Assembly: GCF_006345805.1 (NCBI RefSeq)
Contig: NC_043002.1
Coordinates: 106,206,001 to 106,270,000, forward strand
Direction: 5' to 3'
Source of the DNA: Octopus sinensis
Lineage: Eukaryota
DNA: 64,000 nucleotides
In this document: in pieces, positions 12,075 through 25,102 of the stretch
Layout of the letters: each line of letters opens with the position of its first letter
Position numbering within the stretch: the first letter of the stretch is position 1
Translations under genes and position numbers: made by a program
The notes under the pieces: generated by a model
Told to the model about the DNA's origin: nothing
Database searches by the model: none
What the model saw: the letters and a program-made list of their open reading frames with translations, nothing else

Positions 12075-13667
12075 GTAAATATATTTTCTTCAAGAAGTTT
12101 TGTTTGATTTTTGTTTTTACACTTGCTCCCTTTTTTTTGTTAAGGATTTGTTGTTGTTTTGTCCCTTGGTCATTCTTGACCCAAGAGAATGAAAGGCAAA
12201 GTTGACCTTGGCAGAAATTGAACTTACAACATAAGGACCGATGAGATGCTGCTAAACCTCTCTAACCGCCTCAGTCTACCTCGGTGTGTCCCTCGATGTT
12301 AGCTGCTATTGTGTTGTGTTCCTTAAGCCAGACATTCCACTTATCAAACCTACCTAGTTGTCTAATATAACTACCATTGTGTTGTGTTTCCTAAACAAGA
12401 CAAACTACTCTACTTGTCTCTCCTGAAACAAGACACACTACTTGGCTCATTTGTGACCGAGTGAGTTTGTCATTTAGCCAACTTTTCCATCCTGTTTTTG
12501 TCATTTAGCCAACTTTTCTCCTCTGGGATGGTCAGGATGCTATCAAAACTGTGTGCAGGTCGATAGCATGATCTTTACTGTTGTCAAACATGTATTGTTG
12601 ACATTTGAACCCACATCAGCTCTGATCAGGTAGAATTATGATCAAAAGTGTTCCAGACGTCACTTTTCTCAAACATTTTGCATTCTGTCTGACCCTTGCA
12701 AATATGGAAAAGTGGACATTAAATGATGATGATGATCATCATCATCTTCGCTTAATATCCATCTTCCATGCATGCATGGGTAGGACAGTTGACAGGAGCT
12801 GGCCATGTAGAAAACTACCTTAAGCTACTGTGTCTGTTTTGGCAAGGATTTTACAGCTGGATGCCCTTCCTAACGGAGTGGACTCAGTGCTTTTTATATG
12901 GTAAATGAAAGACAGAAGATGGAGTATACAAAAATTTTTATTAATCATGACAATTGTTTCAACACATCCAGCACCGATCCCTCATGGGTGGGACCCTTAA
13001 CAACTGGTTCAGGAGCCTCCAGCAGTGCAGATGCATCTCATCAGATGATAAGTAGACACAATTCATTAAAATAATAGTTCCACAATGTATATTCTCGTTT
13101 TGTAGAAAGAAAAGCAGTAAAATGAATGAAATATCTTCATTTAAATAGATCAAAAATAAAATCACACTTGCAAAAAAGAAACAAACACACAATATTAATT
13201 TATATATGTGTGTATATATATATATATATATAATATATATATATATATATTAATCAAATTTCCACATAGTTACTTTGATGTAATACCTGGCAGGTATTGC
13301 CAACTGGTTGTTAATAAAAGATAAACAAACTACTACAACTAATGCACATGTTTTGGTTGGCAGATTGACCTTCTCTCTACCAATGAACAACAAAAGTACA
13401 TTGGAATACTGAGTTATTACATAATTATTAGCCTCATCTACTAATTACCAAATTTATTCCAGCAAATGATTGAAATGTAAAGAGTTTGACTGAGATGGAG
13501 GACACATGCATGGTTGTGAGACTACAACTGAAGTTACTCGAAACCCTGTGTGTGTATTCTTATAATCCACACCCAATGTATCTCACCTGTATACACCTGT
13601 ACACACACACACACACACACATGTACACATTCATACTTACCAATCAACCTCTCCTCTTATACAACAG

Positions 13668-13740
13668 GTTACATGGCAATGAACTTCAAAGGGAGATTTT
13701 GATGAGTCGGTACCAAGAGGAGAATGATAGAGATCATTGA
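13668..13740 (+). CDS. DNAJC4: DNAJC4-like terminal coding exon
   Basis: ctcctcttatacaacAG acceptor, phase 2 compatible. LHGNELQREILMSRYQEENDRDH then TGA. Confidence 0.75.
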
Positions 13741-13969
13741 CTGTGACACACTTCAGTTCGATCTGCAATCTTAGCAATCCTTTGTGAGTTATCTTCCCTT
13801 CTTTTTTACAAACACACACACACAAACACACAGTGTTACACTTTCTACTGCACAATGTATTAATGAGGCTTATAATGAGGTTTATGTTCCTTAACTGTGA
13901 TCAAAGCTACAGAGAGAAAGTATCAAGAAAATTTTTATCATTCCTTCAGCCATGTAACTTTCTTTAGTC

Positions 13970-14470
13970 GTCGTCATCATCATAATCCTTTAACGTCCGT
14001 TTTCCATGCTGGCATGGGTTTGACGGCTTGACTGGGGACTGGCAAGCCAGGAGGCCTCACCAGGCTCCAATATAATCTGGCAATGTTTCTACAACTGGAT
14101 GCCCTTCCTAATACCAACCACTCTGAGAGTGTAGTGGGTGCTTTTTAGGTACCGTCAGCATAGGAGCCAGTCAAGCGGCACAGGCTTCAGCCACGTTCGG
14201 ATGGTGCTTTTTACGTGCTACCGACACAGGAGCCAGTAGGAGTGGCGGAGCTGGCATCAACTAGGTTCAGATGGTGCTTTTTATGTGCCACCGGCACAGG
14301 GAGCCACTCAGGTGTCACTGGCATCATCCACATTCAGATGGTGCTTTTTACATGCTACCGACACAGGAGGCAGGCGGGGCTGGCATCGACAGTGTTCGGA
14401 TGGTGCCAGCATGGGAAGCCAATCAGGTGGCACTGGCAATGACCTACACATGAACGGTGCTTATTGCTTG
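13970..14470 (-). mobile_element. RTE 3' UTR fragment with 5-6 tandem units
   Basis: tttaacgtccgttttccatgctggcatggg tail and repeated cggatggtgctttttacgtgc units. Confidence 0.7.
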
Positions 14471-14977
14471 CCACCAGCACTATTATTTCATTACTGTGCT
14501 GCTTGCTTTAATCTGGTTAGATTTTCAGATAGCCCTATGGTCATCCTCACTGGGATTATTCAACAGTGCTGCTTTATTCAAGTTGGATTTTTTGATCCTC
14601 AGTGGAGGTGGGCGGGGAGCTGTCTTTACAAGGGATTATTAGAAGAAAGTGTGCTGTTGTAGTTAGGTTAGTTTTTTTTTGTCTCCCAAATCATTCTTGA
14701 GAAGAATTATTAGATGTGCAGCTTCTGTCAGGTTAGTTTTTAGGTTCTAGATTCGCTGTGGCAGAGGAAAAACAACCAAAAAGCAAAATGAAGAGCAAAG
14801 CAAAGCCTTGGCTGTGGACTTAAGAAGTTTGCTTCTCAACCACAGGGTTTACGGTTCAGTCCCACTACGTTGTACCTTGGGCACATGTTTTTGGCATAGC
14901 ATCAAACCAACTAAAGCCTTCCAAATGAATTTTTAGCTGACAGAAATTGAATAATGTCCATTATGCACATATACTTA

Positions 14978-15048
<71 letters not shown>

Positions 15049-15233
15049 TAATAAGGGTAGGAATTGATATTAATCAATTAAAGCCAGTGGCTTAGCATAT
15101 TTAAAAATCTGAAGATTAAAAATTATATTACATACAAATTATGGTTCTCAAGAACACACTCTTCGTGGTAAGGCAACTTGACATCTATCTTTAGTATATT
15201 AGGAATCCATTTTGGTAGTCATTCCTCTTAATT

Positions 15234-15264
<31 letters not shown>

Positions 15265-16494
15265 GGATGGATGGATGGATACCATACTAGTGTTTACATA
15301 TTAATTGCTGATCATATTGCTCATCATTTTATGTCCACCTTCCATGCTGACTTGTGTTGGACAGGTCACCATGCTTCAAGTCACAACTTATTTAGAGTCA
15401 TTGCTCTTCTTGATCAACAGGTGGACTGCTTCTTGCTTGTATGTTCTGTTTTGTGGGGTGGGGCACAGTTTCAGCAGATGGATGCCTTTCCTAACAGAAA
15501 CCAATTTACAGAATGTTCTGGGTGCATTGCACTACAGCACCAGTACAAAAAGATTGCCTTACCCATGATGGGATTAAAGAGTCCTGTCTACTGTATGTTG
15601 TGTCTTTTCAAACACCAACCCCTGTACAGCATTTACTGGGTGCATTTTACTATGGCACCAACACTAGTGAGGTGTCTTTGTTCCCTGGGAGATTAAAGTG
15701 ATGGAGAGTGACTACAGTCAAGAATGTGGAAGTTGAGGGAGTTTGAATATCAGTGTGATGGCAGGAAAGATAGTGATGGTTTGGTTAGAGAAGGTGAAAA
15801 ATAGTAGAGAGAGTGATAGCTACATGTAAGAGGTAGGAAAAATGACAAGAAAAACAAAGATGGTATTACTAATGGCTAAGTATATTTTCATTTTTCTGAT
15901 AAGAGAGACATCTTGAAACATATTTCAGTTTTATTTTGACCTCCTTAGAAAAATATAACTAATGTTAAACTTATTAAAGTAGTTACTGGTTGTGATAAAA
16001 ATGATTTGCTTAGAGAATAAATAGCAGAAAGACACCATCCGCTTGAAAGACATTTGTTAATTCGGTGTTGTGAGAATATATAAATATTGAGAAATAAATT
16101 CATACACTGATATCATCTGTTGGAAAATTAAATATGTTAACCGAGTGAGTTAGTGGTAGTGTCTTTCAGTATTCTTTCTATTGTACATCATGTTGCATAA
16201 CAACTGTTGCGTAATCCCTTTCAGTACATCCTTTATATTTTCAGATATCAACCTGCTGCAGCAACCTTTTCGATGATGGCCAAGACAACTGCATCAATTG
16301 CCATGGTTTGTCATTTCAGTCCCCTCAAGATGTTGAATGTTTTGTAGATGTTAAGGTTTTCTTTGATGTCGAGAGACCTGGCACAACAGTCATGAGTCTT
16401 TACTGTCTCCATATACACTCATGAATACACACACACACACACACATATCTAACATAAGAAAGTAGCGCTTCACACATTTGATAGGAGTTAATAG

Positions 16495-16627
16495 CAGTTT
16501 GAGCCCAGCTCCACACGACTTTAAGTTTCAAGGGTGTGCAGGACACACCCATCTCATCAGATAAGAACAGCTGCTGAAAGGAATGTGTCTACACTCATGA
16601 AAGTCATGTGGAGCTGAGTCAAACTGT
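16495..16627. mobile_element. Small Tc1/mariner-type MITE
   Basis: ~27-bp TIRs cagtttgagcccagctccacacgacttt / aaagtcatgtggagctgagtcaaactg, with TA on the right. Confidence 0.55.
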
Positions 16628-16659
16628 ATATATATACATATATATATGTATATATATAC

Positions 16660-16693
<34 letters not shown>

Positions 16694-16885
16694 AGGATAA
16701 AATTGTTAAAGTTTTTGTCAGTGGCCAGCATATAAAACAGACATATGAAGGTGAATTCATATATATATAATTATAATTAAAGGCATAGAGAAAACTATAC
16801 CTATATGCTGAAAAGAGATGCTAAATCTTCTAACCATTTTAAGTCATCACATATGTGATGATTTGAAGTGTTCAGATGATTTAGC

Positions 16886-16920
<35 letters not shown>

Positions 16921-16929
16921 CATATATAT

Positions 16930-17100
16930 ATCTATTTTCTATTTTCTCTCTCTGTTTATTTCTGTGCTCCTTTCTGTCGAAGAGCCTAGGCTTGAAACAT
17001 AAAAGACCTTCTCACTTCCTGAGCGTTAAACTAATACATCTGTTTGTTGTTTACACACCCATCTTTGTCTTTTGTTTTTTTTTTTGTAAATTCTCACTAT
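16930..17100 (+). mobile_element. PLE pLTR-like fragment with degenerate hammerhead (16970-17005)
   Basis: CUUU-CUGUCGA-AGAGC..GCUU-GAAAC-AUA-AAAG. Core substitutions present. Confidence 0.45.
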
Positions 17101-18014
17101 ATATATTTATATATATATATATATATAATATATATATATATGAAACAAACCCAAACACCATAATACGTGGATACACACCACAGAATCAAACTCATTTCTT
17201 ATAAAAAAAAAAACACCATTTGTCAAAATGTCACAGTTTGTTGATTCCGGTCGGTGGTAAAGCTACAAGTCCTTATGAGGTATTGAACTTTACAACAACC
17301 ATGAAAAAAATTTCACTCAACAAATATTTATGTGTGTGTGCATATATATATATATATATGTATACACACATGCATATAATGAACTAAAGGATGTATATGT
17401 GTATGTGTGTGTGTATATATGTATATATGTTTATATATATATATATGTATGTATGTATGCATATATATATATGTATATGTATATATATAACAAAGTAAAG
17501 AATATATATATATATATTTGCTTGTGTGTTTCAGTGTACGAGAGTCTATATATATATGTATATGTATATGAGAGTAAGTATTGTGTACCTAGTAGTACAC
17601 CTATCTCTAAGAAAGAGAGAAATCAATATACAGAGCCAAAGTTTTTTATTGTGGGTATTGGAAAGTTGAGTACCTCATAATGACTGGTAGTTTCATCACT
17701 GACAGGAATCCTCAGACTGTGATATTTTGATAAATGGCGGGGTTTTATAGGGAATAAGTTTGCCTCTATCACTTTTCCATTTTTTTTTGTGGGGTTTATT
17801 ACATTGTAGGCAGTGTTCTTTTGTGTGTGTTATAGCGAGCAGATAGATTGAGGGAGGTGTATAAAAACATATAACCATGACTATATGGTTTGTTCTGACT
17901 ATCAGAAAATAAGCTGAATAATTTTTAGAAAATTACTATTTTCAAATCTCACAACGAGAGATATTCAGCAACAGTACTCTAGAGTAAAGATTGTTTGCCA
18001 ACATAACATAGCAG

Positions 18015-18240
18015 TCCTGGTTTAGGACAAATGTTGCTGTAATTTAGCCCCAGGGGACATTGTTTCCAGCTGGCTATACAACATGATCTGAGTCCTTATA
18101 TTTTCAAACAAGGAAATCTAGCTCTCCACTCAGCTGGATTCCCTTGTTCAAAAATATTAGGACACAGATTGTGTCATACAGCCAGCTGGAGACGATGTCT
18201 CCTGGGACTAAATTACAGCAACATTTGTCCTAAACCTGGA
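18015..18240. repeat. Fold-back palindrome / MITE, ~108-bp arms, 8-nt loop
   Basis: tcctggtttaggacaaatgttgctgtaatttag... versus ...ctaaattacagcaacatttgtcctaaacctgga. Confidence 0.85.
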
Positions 18241-18818
18241 TAATTTTTATTTGCCATCTGGTTGAATGGTGTTTTTGTGGCAATTAAAGCAAGAAAAGGA
18301 AGGTATGTAAGTTTATTAGTGACAGAGGTATTCATGGGTTTATGAAACAGTTTTATGGAGACCACCATGACTGAAAAGGCCGTGTATGTGTGTGGGGGGG
18401 GGTCGTTTGGTTTGATTGTGAGTGATGATTTTTAGAGTGGGACAAAGTGATGAATAAATTTATGGGAGGAAATGTGTGGTATGTGAGAAGTGGAATTGAG
18501 AGCCATATGTTTGTTTGCAGGAGGGGAATCGGGTGCCAGCTGAAGCAGGACAATGTTTTATACGGATATTTAAGTGTAGATGTAGGGATAGACAGGCAGA
18601 TGCATAAATATATCTATCTAGATGGAATGAGGTGGGGGATAGATATAAAAAATGACTCGTATGCATACATAAATGTATGCTTGTAGGTACACCCAGATGT
18701 CCTTATGCAAGCAAATCTACATATGTATTGGTGTAGATAAGCACATCTGAATATACATAAATACATCTAACGTATATATATATAAGAAGTTTTGGAGATG
18801 ATGTACAGGTATTATATG

Positions 18819-19104
18819 TTAGAAGAAGTAAGGTACCCAGAAATCTGGATGGTTTAATATTTACAGATATTTATTAATATGTCACATGTTTTTATAAATC
18901 ATATATTATAGCGCTTGCGTCCACTCTAGTGGAGTCGTCAGGTATATAAGTTTATTAGTGACAGAGGTAGTCATGGGTTTAAGAAACTGTGTTATGGAGA
19001 CCATCACGACTGAGAAGCACTAATATATGATTTATAAAAACATGTGACATATTAATAAATATATTAATAAATAAAGCAATCCAGATTTCTGAGTACCTCA
19101 TTTC

Positions 19105-19110
<6 letters not shown>
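18819..19110. repeat. Inverted repeat (~90-bp arms), PLE pLTR-like
   Basis: ttagaagaagtaaggtacccagaaatctgga...tttttataaatcatatatta versus its reverse complement at 19021-19110. Confidence 0.75.
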
Positions 19111-19186
<76 letters not shown>

Positions 19187-20587
19187 GATATATTCACATA
19201 AACAAATGAGCACACCGAGAAGCAGACAAATTCACACACAAACATATATATATATATGGAGATACATGGATTTAGCTATATCTATACATACACATCTGTA
19301 CATGCATAGACTCATATGTATTAGAACTAAAACTGAAATGTTAAGGAAAATAACTCAAGTAGCCTGATGATGTTAATTAAGATAAATCTGGTTAAAGGGA
19401 AGGATGATTCACTGATTAATATACATAAAGAATTCACAATTAATGTAAATTTTCCTCTTAATTGTAGAGAGATTTTTAGGGGAAAATCTGATTGTTGTCT
19501 TATTCTTTCAATTAGGGCGTAAATTAATTTTGTGGAATTTATTTTAAATTTCTTGAAATTATCTCCCCTTTTTCTCTGAGATTTGTTAACATCTGTTGTT
19601 ACTTTTATTTATGGTTTGGTTTTCTTCCTCCAAGAAGAAAATTTCGATTATATATGTGTGTGTGTGTATGTGTTATACATATGTACATATATATATGTTT
19701 TTATGTCAAGTTATAACTAAAACAATTTAACAGAAAACTGATGAATTACTCAGTACTTTTTGAGTACATATTTATTATTGTTTAACAAGAAGGGGTGACA
19801 GTGACTTCAAAATTTCAGCCGGTTCTCATACAGGCTGAACCTTCAAAGTCAATGTCACCCTCATGTAAAAAAGTATCACACATATATATATATATCTCAG
19901 AAATTTCTATGGCAGGTGTGCTGTTCTGAAACTTATCTCCACTAATTATTGGTGTGATATTAATTAGCTGTCTGCCAATAAATACCGGTTTCATTAATAT
20001 AGTGGGTGCCTCTCAAATGTACCTCATCTATTACCACAGCCAGGGTAGCCTACAGGATCTGCCCCTGTCTGTTGCAACAATTTTGCTGACGATTTTTATT
20101 CTGTATTTATAATCTCAATAATACTCTTCTATTTTTTTTATACTTTTTGTCTTTCAATTTTTATTGGAAATAATAAATTTGATTGCAGTGATGAAGGTAC
20201 TGTTGTTGTTGTTGTTTGTTTTCTCTTTTAATAATCATATGACATGTTAACAAAGGAAGAGAGAAAAATGCACCTTTGAACAACCACTTTCCAGGGCTTG
20301 TGGTTTATGTTGATTGTTATTCCTTGGTCAGCCTAAATTTAAAAGATTAATGAAAAAAAAAAAAAAATGTTCCACGCATGACCATCTAGTCTTTATTCAA
20401 ACAGTTGAACTGCATTATCTGTCTTTTTACATTATGATTTTTAAGACAGCAAATTGTCATTTGAAGGTGATTTAGATCCTATTTCTAGCTTGTTGACATA
20501 CCACTTAAGGTCGTTCTTCTTAAGGCATGTATTACTAGGCACGTGTATATATTTATGATATTTATGCAGGCTTTTATATACACACAC

Positions 20588-20663
<76 letters not shown>

Positions 20664-21779
20664 TTTGTGGGTTTACAATGCTACCTTTAGTTTTATGTGA
20701 AGCTGTCACAGTATATCAAGTAAAGCCTTATACAAAACCGAGATGGATTACCCTTATTTCTGTGCACAACACTGGATAACTGTGATGTTTATGCATGAAA
20801 CCTATGGTAGCATTGTAAATCTACAAATCAAGAATATGTTTATGCATTGTTAAGCACTCATTCTCACTGTTCACTGCTGTTGTGTAAACACACACTCACA
20901 CAACTCTCTCATTGACCTTCTCTAACCCCATGCTCCTCACTCATCTATCCCTTATCCCTCACACCGCACCTCCCTGTCATTCATCAATCGCCCATATCAC
21001 TGTCATGCATGCCACATCCATGTCTCTCTCTCTCTCTCTCTCTCGCTTCCCATACTCATGCCTTTATTGCTCACCTCTCAATCCTTTCTCTTCCAATTCC
21101 ATACTATGCTTTTCGTATGTCTAAGGATGGTGGAAGACCTCTCTTCTAAACACCAAACAAAACACTCCTCCCCCCCCACACACACACTGCATTCTTTTAC
21201 CCCCTTCCTATCACTCCACCTCTCAGTCACTCCTTTCTCTTCCAATTCTCTCTGTGTTATGTTTCCTTACATAATTGAGGATGGCCGTGGGTCTCTTCTG
21301 ATTGCTGTACATTACTTTCAGTCAGTGTAAATAGGATGTCATTGCATTTATTCTGATCCTTCTTCCATCCACTCCATCACCAAGCTCATCATTTCAGCCC
21401 TCTGGCTTATATAGAAGTAGCTACATTAAATTTCTCATACCCATTCCACCCCACCTTCTGTACTGTTTGTTATCACTGTCTCATTCTGCCAACAGTCTTG
21501 CTCTTTTTTCTCACACACCCTCAGCTTTGTCATTGCTCCATCCTACATAGACCCCTGTTATCTCCCTGACATCTCAGCCTTGACCATACATACCCATTCC
21601 AAACTACTCAGTTCTCTTACTGCTCCATTCCTATCACATCCTTCTCATCACAACCATTTATGTCTCTTTTACTCCTGTTTCTCGGTCTCTAAAGAGGCTG
21701 GCAAGAAAGCAGAGATGTGAGCTTATTACACACATGTGAGTGAGAACACTTTGAGATATTTTTGGTATTTAACATATGT

Positions 21780-22690
21780 CAGATACTGCAAGCACTGCTT
21801 CTGATTGGTCAATCCATGGTGATGACCCGAGGTCACGGTGACGGCACTACTTTTGTCATAAGTTACAACTAAACTTCATTCATTACTTTCACGAGCAGGT
21901 AGAATGTAGCCATGTAATTAAACAAACAACTATCTTTTTTATACCAGATATCACTTAAAGTCATATACACATAAAATATAAACATTTCCAAAAAAATCAT
22001 GGATCATCATCGTGCCATCAGTAACATCCTTAGTAGCAACAACGACCAGCCTGGTTCGCTTGTACTTCCGTCACACACAGCAGCAGCGAGTGCGAGTGAT
22101 CTCCCCTCCACCGTCAACGTTATGTCGAGTCAATCTCGGACCGCTGTCACTTGCTTTGGTTCAGTGCACTCCATTTTCTCGGCTCCAATATATGTGAACT
22201 TTGGTTCAGATGCAAAGCAACCTCGTCTCACAGATAATGAGGACTGTTAAGTTTTCCTGGACTATTGTGCTCTACTCTGACTGACATTGCTACTCAAAAA
22301 CAGGTTTGAGTATTATTAAAGTTATTGAAGATTCAATCTGTGTTATGTATTTCTTGAACGTGAACTTGAATGTTAACAAAATGTTAAACAGTCATCAGTT
22401 ATCAGTCATTTCACCTGAAAACTTAGCGCTATAAAGTCGGACTATCTTCCTGTGGCATGACATCTTTTACAGTTACACATTGTGACGTCACTGACGTGAA
22501 ATCAAGCTGTATTCATGCGCGCTTCAACACGATGTGAAGAATTTAGTTATTGAGTTAATAAAATATGGTCGTTTATTCGTGTGTAATAAATAAAATACCA
22601 AACTCATTCCCTATGGATACCGTATTTATTACAACTCGTGGCTTGTAATAAATACGGTATCCATAGGGAACTCGTTTGGTATTCTCTATT
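21780..22690 (+). mobile_element. Possible DNA-transposon relic (Crypton-like?) ending in a long hairpin
   Basis: Short ORF 21999-22250, TGACGTCA motifs and a terminal hairpin with a 28-bp perfect stem. Class is an impression only. Confidence 0.3.
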
Positions 22691-23182
22691 TATGAGACCT
22701 CAAAATCGGGTGAAAGACATAGTTGCCTCTATAGCACTGGTGCCTTGAGAAATGCACCCATTGCACTCTGTAAAGTTGGTGGCTTTTGAAAGGCATCCAG
22801 CCATAGAAACCATGCCAAACATGAAATGCAGGTGAGGTACTGATCTCCAACACCAAATACATACTGATTCTAATAGCAGGGAAAGCAGACAAAAGTAATG
22901 ATATATATATATATATATATAAATGGAGTTTAACGTAGGTATAATTCAAATACTTTTACTTCCGACCATTTATTTATATATTATACAAAAAATTCCTCGT
23001 AAACCCAAAGTTTCTACCTTTAAAAACAAGGTGTTACAACCTCTTTACTTGTGTGATATTTTGCTACCCTGGTAACTATTTATCTATTTTTTCCGTGTTA
23101 TTGTTAACAAGGGAAAAATACACACACACACACACACACACATATATATTTTATATATATATGTATATATATATATAGATAT

Positions 23183-23209
<27 letters not shown>

Positions 23210-23214
<5 letters not shown>

Positions 23215-25014
23215 ATTAAATTAGAGATAAAACCACTATTAGGCAACTCAAACAGTGTTAGACATAAACCAAAACATAAAAAACAAAAAAATAAATATAA
23301 TTAACATACAATATATATATAAAATATAAAATTTTAAATTTATATTTATAAATTTTTATATTTTTTAATTTTTAAACTTAAAAATTTTTTTAATAACTAA
23401 CCAAAAAGTATAAAAAAGATAAATATAATATAAGTAAAAACACTACGTACGTTTCATGGCTATAATTCAATTCTAATTACAATTAAGTTTAAATTCAATT
23501 GAAAATTCGAATTAAAATTATAGTCAATCTTCAGGTTAATGATAATAGTTAAATAAATAAGCAAATAGAGTTAAACAATATTTTTTAAAGAAATAAATAA
23601 AATAATTTTTCTTATAAAAAAACTCTATTATCAAATTAGAAACTTAAAACATTAAGATTATGTTATACAACCCATTTATTATGTTAAATATTAATTTTTA
23701 AGGTAAAAAAATAGATAGAAAAATGTATTTATCTATTAAGATATAATATGGCTTTAAAAAACATAATAAACTCACGAATATCCTTAACTCAGTTATAGTC
23801 AGTATCTAATTACCAAATTATTTAACAAAATAATCACTATTCATATTTTTAAATTTAAGTTCACATCTAATAATTTTAAACTATTTAAGAATAATAACTA
23901 AATTATTATCAATAAATATAATAATGAAGATCTAAAATTTACTCTATCAATAAATATATAGACATATAATGAAAAATAAATTAATTAATTAGTCCATTAT
24001 TACTTACGTAAATATGAATATAATATATTTATGAAATATATTAAGAAATTAAAGATGAAAAAGCAAATTATAAACGTATAACCTATCTTAAAAGAACCGT
24101 ATAACTATTTAGCGATTTATATATCTCGTTGGCTATGTAATAACTTACAAATAACGTACAGTTATAATCTAATAATGAAATACATATCTTCAACAACTAA
24201 ATAATTATAGAATCAAATTAACAATCAGTAGTTATATAGTATCCAATACCATACAATATAACATAACTTATTAAAATAACTTTAATAGAAAAGGTTTACT
24301 TAGCTTTCAAAAATCGTGTCATTAACTACAATTATAATAAACAGATGGAAAATTCTTTTAACAATGAAAACTACGAATATATTTTATCAATGAAAATTAC
24401 GAATGAATATTATCAATGGAAAAAATGGCTATATTATAACTATAATAGATAAAGAGAACAAAGTCACTATTAGAGATATCTATGAAGATATAATATGGTT
24501 TAAAAACACATAATAAACTCACGAATAACCTTAACTAAGTTATAGTCCAATATCTAATTACCAAATTATTTAACTAAATAATCATTATTCATATTTTTAG
24601 ATTTAAGTTCACATCTAATAATTATAAAATATTTAAAAAATAATAACTAAATTATTATCAACAAATATAGTAATTAAAATCTAAAATTTACGCTATCAAT
24701 AAATATATAGACATATAATGAAAAATAAATGAATTAATTAATCCAATACTACTTACACAAATATTAAATATTAATATAATATATGTATGAGATAAATTTA
24801 AAAATGAAAGATTAAAATCAAATTATAAACTAGTAAACTAACTTTAAAAAATCGTATAACTATTTACGATCTATATATCTATCTCTTTGGCTAAGTAATA
24901 TCTTACAAATAACGCGCAGTTATAATCTAATAATTATATACATATCTTAAACAACTAAATAATTATAGAATCATATTAACATCAGTTTACTTAGCTTTCC
25001 AAAGTCGTGTCATG

Positions 25015-25015
<1 letters not shown>
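23210..25015 (-). mobile_element. Very AT-rich PLE-type 3' region with hammerhead relic (23438-23538) and internal ~740-bp-period duplication
   Basis: CUGAAGA-UUGACUAUAAUU...AAUUAUAGCCAU-GAAAC-GUAC-GUA. 23743-24330 is repeated at 24483-25010. Confidence 0.55.
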
Positions 25016-25094
<79 letters not shown>

Positions 25095-25102
25095 TACATA
25101 TA

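Noticed and set aside
12935-13045. Minus-strand frame ...EAPEPVVKGPTHEGSVLDVLKQLS* followed by AATAAA, suggesting an antisense terminal exon in the DNAJC4 intron
   Set aside because: Only a weak GAG acceptor, no recognisable protein and no upstream exons. It may be a transposon relic.
4620-14470. CRISPR-like repeat/spacer pattern in ~65-nt tandem units
   Set aside because: The variable parts are homologous to each other, the arrays sit inside RTE 3' UTRs, the DNA is eukaryotic and there are no cas genes.
16246-16425. Strong-looking acceptor (tttatattttcag) with a 59-codon Cys-rich frame; minus frame with one in-frame TGA (possible Sec)
   Set aside because: No homology recognised on either strand, no good donor and no SECIS seen. 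More likely decayed repeat.
23743-25010. ~740-bp-period duplication as a satellite
   Set aside because: Only two diverged copies within PLE-type sequence. Explained by tandem pLTR structure.
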